From contig CAXIUT010000295.1 in assembly GCA_964035545.1 (NCBI GenBank), positions 1 through 22,347 of the forward strand: DNA of 22,347 nucleotides. Direction: 5' to 3'. The position numbers and the translations under genes are program-made. Shown here piece after piece: positions 11,264-22,347 of this stretch; within the stretch, counting starts at the first letter, position 1, and each line of letters begins with the position of its first letter. Below the pieces are notes generated by a model that was not told the DNA's origin, made no database searches, and worked only from the letters and a program-made list of their open reading frames with translations. Origin of the DNA: Bugula neritina (lineage: Eukaryota; Animalia; Bryozoa).

Positions 11264-12961
11264 TCATCCAAAATTATAAAACTACAACTAAAGAATACAA
11301 TAATTAGCCAAATTTATCCTACAACTACTACTATCTATCCGATACTGTCTATTCGGTATTAACTGAGCCCACATATACTCATCTTCTTTCTCAGGTTTCA
11401 AAAACCACTTTCCCTAAGAATAGATCAAATACCCATGACAAATAATATCACTTTACTATGAATGTTTATACACCTACAGTATCTGACCCTCTCCAATCGG
11501 ATACCTTATCTCGTTTCTTTAGTTATTCACCACCCAATAGTAAAATTTGATCGAACTATGGGTATTCAATTCGATGTAAATAGCATTCATTGTCTAGTTA
11601 GATACAGCCAATTCCTACATAGTCATCTAATCTGGAATTTTAGTATCAGTAATGTAATTTCTATACATTGGATTTTCTTTGAATATCTCATTTTATTTTA
11701 GTATCATGTCGTTGATATCCCTCCCTTTTGCTGTTATTTACTGTTTAACAGAAATAGTATAAAGAAGGTGCTAAAATTAATAAACCCCTTTAGATTTAAT
11801 TTCACATCTATTTGACGATTTTTCTCTCAAATAAGTACTATTTCGACTATTACAATCCAAAATAGTATAATACGGCTTATCTGCAATATACTCAAATATT
11901 TTAATCATAAGTTAATTCGATATTTTTCTCCATTTCGATGACCTTCTTGTTTTTTATATCAATATTTTCATAATAAACATAAACTTCTCTTTTTATACTT
12001 TAGGAGCATGGTATTAAATGATAGTATGCTACCTACTAATCATTTAATGTTATATTTTAATAGAATTCTAAATTCTTCCCCAGTGCTATCTTCCAATCAC
12101 CAAATCATTCAAATATACAGATTTATCGTAGCATTGATTATAAAAATATTCAACCTATTCTTTTTCAATCAAGTAAAATACTTTATCATCTTCTTTTGAT
12201 TATGTTTTTTTCTTTTACATATTTATTTTAGTCCCTTCTCTTACTTCGATAATCGACAAAGTTTAATCCAAAATAAAACATCGATGTAAAAGTCTTTCCA
12301 TATCATATCTCTAAAATATACGAATATATTTTTATGATCCTGAATATTTGAATTCCTTTTTATATTGCTATCCTGTTAATTCGTTTCTTCTTACATTCAT
12401 ATTTGTCGTGATTATTCTCAATATTATTATAAATTTTGGAATTGTTTCTATTATTATCAGCTACTCTTTAAATTAAGTTATGGTTATTTATATTGAAATA
12501 TCTTTGAAAAAAATATCATCTTTGAATTTTTTGTCAAAAAAGTATCCATCGATTTAGGAACTCTGAGGTATTTTTTTCAATAGATCTTTATTTATGCTTT
12601 TTATTTTTTGAGTTGTTTATTGAATTTAACTTATTGATCTTTTCAATTTTGAAAATCAATTATGATCCTCTGACTACTTTTGTTTCTATTTTTACCTGAA
12701 ACTTTCCCTAATAAATGTACTTCCCTCATATAAACTTCTGTAATCTTATAAAGTAAAATACTTCTCGACATTGATGCTACGATCAATAATACTATTGAGC
12801 TAGTGGTGACTGGCTATGTAATAATTCAACTACTTTAATTAAAAAATCCTCTAACTCAATCTTCTGATGAAGATAGTAGACTATCGTACAAAATAGATCT
12901 TTTATTTCTCCTATCTTGACCATTTAGACTTTTTTGACTTATATAAAAATATAATTAACAT
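11264..12961 (-). CDS. Hypothetical protein, possible C-terminal FHA-like domain; 5' structure uncertain (in-frame TGA at 12658-12656)
   Basis: Frame open from 12655 to TGA 11266-11264 (463 codons). C-terminus ...CHGYLIYSEGKWFLKP...YMWAQLIPNRQYRI... is loosely FHA-like. The same frame extends upstream to ATG 12961 across one TGA; alternative start at ATG 12400. Confidence 0.6.
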
Positions 12962-12998
12962 ATAAAAATCAGATAATTGAATAAATTAAATATATATA

Positions 12999-14893
12999 TC
13001 ATAACAATTTTCCAGATTTTTATTAAATATCTTTTATCTCCATTTTCTAATTCATTTCAATAATTTCATTAATTTTCTCCAACCTTGCCTCCAAAATAGT
13101 ATAATATCTCGGATGATGGTGCAAATTCAAATCAAATGCCTCCCACTTCTCATTACTAATTGCACTTTATAACAACCAAAGTAGTCTTCTTATCTTCTTA
13201 TCGAACTTCTTCAATTATTGAGTCATTGCTATCACAGTCAACTCTTTCTTTAGTTTTGTTGAATATTTTATTTTCCTATTCTTCAATTCTATATTAAACA
13301 TTACATACCTTTCTCAGTGCTTCTTGGACACTATTCCAAATATAAAAACTACTCATCTCCTTACTTTTCTTTTTGCTATTTAATCATCTCTATTTTCTTC
13401 AACACAAAATATTCTTTCAATATACTGATTAAAGTATTGTGAATAGCATGCATAAAGAGAAGTACATAAGAAAATTAATAAATGATAGCAATTAGAGCAG
13501 ACCTTTTCTATTTCATGGCAAAAGTAATTTAAGCCAATGAATCTCCAACCATCATGGAAGCCAAAGTAGTAACTGCCCTGCTTAAAGAACTATAGAAAAT
13601 AACTTTAGGAAAAAGACACATTCCAAGAAAAGTATAACCCAAAAAGATAAGAATAAATGAAACCAAAAATTAAAGAACTCTCAAGATAGACATTTTCAAT
13701 AATTAGTACATTAATATCAATTTTTTATAAGATTTAAGAAGACTAAATATAGTCATCCATGACAACAGACAACCAATTCCAACGATTATTTAATGCTATC
13801 GACCAAACAGAAGATAAAAATTACCAATTATTTGAAAAATATTTGAAATTACACTAAATATTATCTAAAATTAAATTACAGTAAAGTAATCTTGCCATTT
13901 TATATTGTTTATTGTCAAATGTCTAACCTAGATATTACTTTAAACATTACTATATATATACTTCATTTCTTCTTTAGTCAGTTCTCCATCTTCACTACTC
14001 TCTAACTTATCAGCAGATTTGCTTGAAGAACCATTTTTTTTATTAGTTTCAAGCATAGTATACAGCTATTTCAAAACTCTTCTGATATATTTAGCATTAA
14101 AGTAGAAGTTTAACAAAGCTAGGAGAATAATAATCAGATAAAAAGCCCTCAGAATAATCAGAAAGTTAGCTTGAGGTCTTTAAATTTATATATTACTGAC
14201 CAAAGCATTACTTATTTAAAAAGAATAGTTCACTTCCACTTGATTACCTTCATCATATCGATAAATCACTTTATGAATATATCTCTAATAAAGACCATCA
14301 TTCTCTATTTACAAATTATCTACAACTATTGAAAAAAAATGAATATCCAATAAAAATTACTGCAATGAAGATATATTACTCGAATTAAAAGGTTCTACAA
14401 TACCCATCTAAGGATCTATCGGGTAGATAGTTTGATTTTTTGTTGATTCTATCTTAGGATGATATTGAATCTGAAGAGATATGTCTGCTTTAGTAAAATT
14501 CATGTTCACTATTGTCTCTAAATCGGATTGAGATATCTTTTTAAACACAAAATTTATATGATTCTGCAACTACTATAAATTTTGAATATAAAGAAGAAAA
14601 GTATTGCCCTCAAATAAATCGGAATATAAGTCATCGTCTGCGTAAAAGTTCAAAAAAGTCCGAAGTAAATTACTATGAAGATAAACCTGAGAACGAACAA
14701 TCAAAATAACCTCAAAAGAAGTAAGAATGATCAACAAAATACTTACTAATGATCGCTTAGGAAAGTTATTTATCTTTGAACCTTTCTTTTTTAATTCCTA
14801 CTTTTCTTTTTTTTAAACAACAGATCGATTTGCCTGTTTCTATTGATGGTGTTTATATTATAGGCCTTACTAACTAAGCAAGCTATCCATCAT
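12999..14893 (-). CDS. Mucolipin/TRPML (polycystin-family) cation channel-like protein, 624 aa; intron 13289-13308
   Basis: Six hydrophobic segments with a large loop after TM1. ISNIFQIIGN, IVGIGCLLSW, FLGYTFLGMCLFP and pore-like TTLASMMVGDSL (compare mucolipin LFSLINGDD). A 20-nt GTA...TAG intron restores the frame to TGA 13001-12999. Confidence 0.8.
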
Positions 14894-14989
14894 GACTTAT
14901 TTATATTTAATTGGTAAAATAAATATAGATAGATTATTTAGCTACATTGATATTTTTAAGAATAAGTCATAAACTATTTGATGAGCTAA

Positions 14990-15378
14990 TCAATATGTGT
15001 TTTTAAAGTTAACTTGGTAGTCTGATGGAGGAAATCTTTCGTAGTCGTTTTAAATATCAGGTCTCATATGAACTGTGATTTCACATATTTTGGTCATTTG
15101 AGTTTACCAAGTGACTTTGATCCATAAACCATTTTCATCCTTTCTATGGACATAAAGAATCTGTTCAAGTCCATCTTTAGCTGCTTCCGGTCTTTCACTA
15201 TAAATTAATTTAGTCCTCAAAACAGCTTATTGCACAATCCATTCTTAAGACTCATTCTCAATTTCATCGATATCATAGAAGTAATAGTCAGCACCTAATT
15301 TAGAATCTATTTACTGTTCGCCATTCCAACCAACATCAGTAGAACCACTATCGTTCCCAAATTTGAGATCTTAATCAT
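14990..15378 (-). CDS. Secreted cystatin-like paralog lacking inhibitory motifs, 122 aa; intron 15295-15314
   Basis: Signal peptide MIKISNLGTIVVLLMLVGMANS and a 20-nt intron. Aligns by eye to the neighbouring cystatin (KVTWETQMTKICEITVHMRP vs KIVWETDCEKNVEITVHLMP; FPP vs YPP). Confidence 0.8.
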
Positions 15379-15501
15379 TTTTAAATAATAAATAATAAAG
15401 AAAAATTGTTGATGTGACGATAATGTTATCAGAAACACCATCTTTAAGGTCATTTTTTCTTAATTTTATTGAAAAATATTTAAATAATGAATGAGATCAG
15501 A

Positions 15502-15909
15502 TCAAGGTAGAACCTTAATAGCGCTAACAACAGGTGGATATTTTTGTCCTTCTGGCATCCATGGCATAAGGTGAACTGTTATTTCCACATTCTTTTCACA
15601 ATCTGTCTCCCAAACAATCTTGAAAAGTAAACCAGCAACAACTTGTTTGGTTATGCTCAAAATTTTAATCAAAGTGCACTTAGAACATTCTGTATCTTCA
15701 CTACATACCACTTTTGATCTCTCTAATGCCTCAGTAATTGTTTTTTATTCCTCACTATCTCCAATGTTTTCTATATCAACTTTCTCAGGAGCGCCAACTT
15801 TCTTAGATGCAGTACTTTTAGCTCCATTATTGTTGATTTAGATATCATCTTGAGCTATAGAGACGGCTAAAAGTGCTAGAATAACAATGAGAATGCTTAA
15901 CTTCTTCAT
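15502..15909 (-). CDS. Secreted cystatin (papain-family cysteine protease inhibitor), 135 aa
   Basis: Signal peptide MKKLSILIVILALLAVSIA plus all three cystatin wedge elements: N-terminal Gly (KVGAP), QVVAG and PW. Confidence 0.88.
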
Positions 15910-15966
15910 ATTTTAAATAATATTTATAAGCTACAAACGAATGGTAATAATTGACTGTGGAGTTAA

Positions 15967-17255
<1,289 letters not shown>

Positions 17256-17695
17256 GACAACAAAATAATTATAAGATAGTACTGTCGATAAATGCATTAA
17301 ATTGAAAATCAAAAATGTCTCTAAAAAAAATGCTTTAAGCTTGTAATAATCTCAATATTCAAGCAATACTTTGATTTATGATGAATATAAAATATCATTG
17401 CTCGTAAAATATTTTATTTTCACTCGAAACAAACAAAATAGTTGAAATATCGATTTGAAGAGCTGAGAAATTCTTATTTCGTAAATATATAAATGAAGTA
17501 TCAAGCCTATTCATGCCAAAATTTGAATATGAAGATTCTCAAAAAAAAATTATTGGTATAGAAATCTTTCAAGTGATTCAATAACTACTAAGACAAATGA
17601 TAGTCATTTCGAATATAATAGTCATTAATATTAATTGTATGGGATTCAATGAATATTAAAAATATTATCATCATTATATAGAATATTCGATAACA

Positions 17696-17782
17696 GGGGT
17701 TGGGGTTGGGGTTGGGGTTGGGGTTGGGGTTGGGGTTGGGGTTGGGGTTGGGGTTGGGGTTGGGGTTGGGGTTGGGGTTGGG
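17696..17782 (+). repeat. (GGGGTT)n telomeric tract; right end of the first minichromosome, internal in this contig
   Basis: 87 bp of GGGGTT repeats, opposite in polarity to 1-89. Confidence 0.98.
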
Positions 17783-20700
17783 AATCTAATTGAGAGAATA
17801 ATAAAGCTCAAAGATGATACAGGTATGCTTCTGACATAAAAGTATAGTATAGAAATGATACTTGCCAATATGGAAAAACATCAAATTCAAATAGTATAAT
17901 TATTTTCAAAATATTTAAAAGATGGATTCAATCTTCTTTAATTCATCAGGTTCTTCCTTAATATCATTCCTCATCAACAAATAGAAAATCTTTATCTAAC
18001 AATGGGACTCATAGACCTTTTCAGATAAATCACACAATAAACTCATCAATAGAAAATTGTTCTCAAAAATATAACAGACTTTATGTGTTAAGTAAACCTC
18101 TTCTTATTTAGAAAATTTTAAACAACGATAGAAACTTCAATAAAATCGAAGCTAAATATATATCTTCTTATAATTTTTTCAAACCAACAGAATAAACTAA
18201 ACTTTACCTTCAATTTCCTCCTACAATCATAGGTTAAACTGATTAGAAAATATATAAATTATGCCAAAAAAGCATCAAAACAGATAGTAGCAAACATTCA
18301 AGAGCAATAGTTAAGTAAAAATTAAATTATTTTTAGAAGTTAGTTTTGTTATGAACTCAAAAAGATATTTATCCTCGATTCTTTATCTGATTCCATCTCT
18401 GTGTATGATTAAAATTGTACACTAAGTCAAAAAATAAGTCCAAGCTTATCAAAACTCAAAAAAGAAGTCATTATTTTATCTTTTGCGTTTAGCAAAAGAC
18501 AATATAGAATAGGAGCTGTTCTTAAAGACTTTTCTATTAAATTTTGGGATCATTTCAATAATTTCTAGTATGAAAAATCAATATCAACAACTTCTCTTGG
18601 TCAAAGTCTTCAAACTAATATATATTTTCTATAATATTTCAACAACTGGATTACTACAGATCGAACCGGTATTATTCATTTTTGGAACATTCTATAAGAA
18701 AAACCTGATAGAAGTATGAAATGCAAATATGATGCTGTAATTAATGGAGTTTGTTAAATAACTTCACATAATCTGTTAGTTGTAGTTCAATAGTGTAAAA
18801 GAAGTAGTAAATTATTAGTAAATAATCAATAAAAACCATAAAAAAATGCTACCTAAGCCACAGTTGTTATCTACAATTATTCTAATTGGCAAATCGTTAC
18901 ATAAATTGATCTACAAGGACTTAGAATTCCTCATACTCTTCTTTATTCAGAAACCTATCAAGTTCTTTTCATGAGTGGACTTTAAAAAAAGATTAAAGCC
19001 TATCATATTCATCCTACTTATATGGATGCCAGTTAAAAGGATAATTAATTGGACATTAAAACCTTATCACCTGTTTTACTTTAATAAGTGGCACTCCAAT
19101 GATAGCATCAGCTGATGATAAAGGAAAAGTTAAACTATGGGATTTCAGAAGTTTTATTTGCCTTCAAACTATTGACTTTAGTGATAAATCTGTCATAACG
19201 AACCTACTAGATATGATTGATATTGGTAAAATAGGAGTTTTCGGGTCAAGAGTCAACTACATATAGTTTTAAGATAAATATCCTATAATTAAGAAGAGAA
19301 AATAAGAGGAATATCTGAAAATAGATTCAATAGATTTCGATATAAAAGAAATGTAGATATTTATTTTTGCTAATAAAAGTTTAAGAGTGTTAGATTTATT
19401 TAAAGGTCAAGTTAAAAAAATGTTTAAATTCAATAATAAATCAATATAAAATGATTATACTATTTTCAGATACTTTTCTTGCAATAAAAAAATTATTTTA
19501 GGAAACTCTAAAGGATAAATATCAATTTGTAATTCAATAAGTGGCTAATTTTAATCAATTTTGAAATAAAGTCATGAAGGTGCAGTCACATTTATATAAT
19601 ATGATGAATTCAATAAACTATATCTCACTGTAGGAGATGATTCTAAAATTTTAATACATAAATCTTCAGATGGTTCAGTAGTCAGATAACTGAAAAATAA
19701 CTTTCATAATAATGAAATTAATATTATTTAACTTAGTATATATCATAATTTTATAATTATGGGAAGCTTTGCCAGTTCTAGTATATTTTTTTGGAATTAC
19801 TAATATGGAAAACTTATCGGATAGATTAAACTTAAATAATAAACTCCAATTAATATTCATATCATTAATGGCTATGGTATAGTTGTTATCAGTACCAATC
19901 AAGGAAACTTATATTTTTTCAAGACTACTCTAATATCTTCATAATTAAATATAGAAATTGTTGATAAAGTTAAATTAGATAGCAATATTGTCAATATTTA
20001 TACTGATATCAAGCTGCATGGACAAGGAAAAAAGACCTACTGCTAAGAATGCACTCTTTTAATATATTTTTAAAAAGGAAAAACTCTTTCATATAACATC
20101 ACATAATTTTTCAAAGGACAACCATTCAAACTAAATTGCAGATAAAAAACAAGCTACAATCCCTACAGATAGTGCAGATAAAATTTTATCTCAGAACTAC
20201 AAAAACAAAAACATTCTATTTTTACTTTTCCATCATAAACATTCGATCAAATCAAAATATTCTAAAATCCAAACACTTTTAACAATGAATTTGATACAGT
20301 CAACTTCAGTAAACTACTAAAATTAGAGTCAACATACCATCTTATCGTAGGAAATGATAAAAGAATTAAAATATATTCTTCAGAATAATTATTATGCGAT
20401 CTTAATATTAACGTAATTCTTATAATACTTAGTATTGTCTTCCATATCAATGGAATATTAAACCTACTTTGAAAACTATGATGAAATAAAAAATATTCTA
20501 TGGAATTAAAGTCTTAGAAACAATCTCTAAAAAATATTAACATGATATCTCGATTGGATAAGCGAAAAACCTATAAATAAAATAACTATTCACCTTTATT
20601 TAAAAACCTTAAAGTTAAAAAACTATTAATCGTCTTAAAATGATAACTTAACCTGAAGAAATACTTAAAATTAATTTTAATAAATAGAAATAGAAATAAA

Positions 20701-21390
20701 AATAAAAAGAAAAAAAGATTATTTTGTTACAAAATTAATATAGTAAGAAAGATCTTCACTATGATCTGGTTAAAAGATTCAATTTTACATAAATAGCAGG
20801 ACCAACTCTCAAAGAACTTGATAATATCAAAAAAATAGATACTTTACAAAGATAATGGAAAGTAAAATAAGAAAGATAAGCTTATTAAAAATCATCTCTC
20901 ATTTCAAATATATTAGTATAAAGCAAAAAGAAATGAATAAAAATAATATATTCAAGTTCTTTTCGCAAAAGGTAAAAAAACAATAACATCAAAATAAAAT
21001 AAAACATAATCATAGAAAATATCTGCTCTTACTAAAAAATTAAACTCAATTCAAAACAAAAACATCGAGGAAAAGAAAGGACAAGTAACAACTTTTTGCA
21101 AAAGTGTATTTAATAGATTTCCTTATAAAGGTGATACATAACTGAGAATGAACGCCACATAAAAATCATTTTATCAATCGCAATCTCAATCAAAATTAAA
21201 ACAATCATTCTAACACTACTTCAAATAAAAATATGGATAATGCTAGTCAGTTAAAAACAGATCTACTAATAAATAACCTTAATATCGCTTTAGAGATGTT
21301 CTAACCCAAATGAATGGAAGAGTTAACAGTATGAAAAAGTATAGATATCGACAACAAAGTAGTCTAAAGTTAGAAAAAGTAGATATTTGA
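17783..21390 (+). CDS. WD40-repeat protein (possibly WDR49/EFCAB8-like), probably 5'-truncated; introns 18092-18111, 18315-18336, 20413-20432; frame breaks at ~19037 and ~20886-20936
   Basis: IKFWD, IHFWN, LIGHENLITCF...IASADDKGKVKLWDFRSFICLQT, SHEGAVTFI, IFFWNY. Frame is open from the telomere junction (first ATG 17825). Three GTA...TAG introns of 20, 22 and 20 nt. First TGA 20934-20936; the +1 frame continues to TGA 21388-21390. Confidence 0.8.
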
Positions 21391-21446
21391 TTAATTTTTA
21401 AAATTATATTATTTATTCATTTGTCTATATTTTAAAGTCAAGTATA

Positions 21447-21538
21447 GGGGTTGGGGTTGGGGTTGGGGTTGGGGTTGGGGTTGGTTGAGGTTGGGGTTGG
21501 GGTTGGGGTTGGGGGTTGGGGGGGTTGGGGGGGTTGGG
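21447..21538 (+). repeat. (GGGGTT)n telomeric tract, internal, degenerate in its distal part
   Basis: 92 bp; includes GGTT, GAGGTT, G5 and G7 variants. Confidence 0.96.
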
Positions 21539-22036
21539 CTGCTATAATTCTGAAGAGTCTATTTGACTTATAGCAAACCTTGGATCTCTTAAAATTAACT
21601 TTATCTTTGATAAAAATATTTTATAGTTACCAATTGCCAAAATACCTTCATCGATTTGCCTGGGTTAAGTTTAATAACCTGAAGTAAAGCACCAATTATT
21701 CAATCCCAACACTTTATTTTAACTACCAAGAACTACATTTCCTCTTCCAAGAACTTTATTATTCTCTCCTCTGATAATATTTTCTTACTTCTTTTTCATT
21801 TCCTCAGCCGCTTGATGAAGTACTTGGGATGTTGTTTCAATAGATCGATACAGGGCATATTTATTGCAAAATTTCCAATTATATGTAGGAAGATATATTT
21901 TGACATAGTTGATGTAAAAATTAATAACATGTTGTGTATGTCTTCCAACCTTTGGAAGGTTTATTATCTGAATTTCTGACTTCACTTCTGCTAGTATGAA
22001 TAAGATTACCAACAGAATGATAAGTTTTTTGAACAT
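21539..22036 (-). CDS. Secreted protein with four 7-residue NxVxG repeats; 3'-truncated at the telomeric tract
   Basis: Signal peptide MFKKLIILLVILFILAEVKS. With TAR=Glu it continues ...EE NIIRGEN NKVLGRG NVVLGSE NKVLGLN NW...DPRFAISQIDSSELEQ into the tract with no TGA. Confidence 0.78.
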
Positions 22037-22255
22037 TGTCTTTCTTCTATATTTTATAAAGAAGGATTTTGAATAAACGATTTCTAATCACAAAAATAAT
22101 TAATAAAATTGAATGACAAATAATAATAATACCTTTTATTCTTTTTTGAGAGAAGAAGCCAAATTTAAAAAGTTGAAATAATGAATACTTGTATATATAA
22201 ATGACGGATAATTAAAATTTAATGCGCTATTTAATATAATTTGATATAAGTATTC

Positions 22256-22347
22256 GGGGTTGGGGTTGGGGTTGGGGTTGGGGTTGGGGTTGGGGTTGGG
22301 GTTGGGGTTGGGTTGGGGTTGGGGTTGGGGTTGGGGTTGGGGTTGGG
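22256..22347 (+). repeat. Terminal (GGGGTT)n telomere
   Basis: 92 bp of GGGGTT repeats (one G3 variant) at the window end. Confidence 0.98.

Noticed and set aside
17256-17695. Possible plus-strand gene running into the right telomere (frame open from ~17500 to 17695)
   Set aside because: No consistent ATG-plus-intron model could be built and no motif was recognised.
17674-17868. Track ORF with PTPTPT repeat
   Set aside because: It is the translation of the telomeric tract.
19034-19040. Frame break at TAA AAG GA in the WD40 gene as programmed frameshifting
   Set aside because: It needs a -1 shift with no adjacent TGA or slippery heptamer. One missing base in the A run restores EKGELIGH, so an indel error is more likely.
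21447-21538. Variant repeats as evidence of an error-prone or second telomerase template
   Set aside because: The variants are mostly homopolymer-length changes concentrated in an error-prone segment; the other tracts are near perfect.
22200-22255. Conserved subtelomeric breakage motif shared by the four telomere-addition sites
   Set aside because: The four flanks share only AT richness; no fixed-distance motif is visible by eye.

Overview
AT-rich ciliate macronuclear DNA. It must be read with TAA/TAG as sense codons and TGA as the only stop. Invariant kinase motifs (DIKP*N, AP*, the alphaC Glu) show TAA=Glu, and TAG fits Glu less decisively. This is the peritrich-type code (NCBI table 30), not the usual ciliate Gln code, so the supplied standard-code ORF track is mostly misleading. 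Bases 1-17782 form a telomere-to-telomere ~17.8-kb minichromosome with (C4A2)n/(G4T2)n caps of ~90 bp, tightly packed genes and 20-22-nt introns. It carries a 5'-truncated ORF, an Aurora-like kinase, an initiator-type tRNA with an aberrant 6-nt anticodon loop, a secreted Cys-rich protein, a 94-aa orphan, a 1235-aa orphan, a ULK4/RUNKEL kinase, an FHA-like gene with an in-frame TGA, a mucolipin-like channel, a cystatin with a degenerate tandem paralog, and an atypical TxH MAPK. Two further chromosome right ends (a WD40 gene with two frame breaks, one at AAA-TGA; a secreted NxVxG-repeat protein) are joined head-to-tail behind G4T2 tracts, probably as a library or assembly concatemer. All calls come from manual translation and motif recognition; no searches were run.
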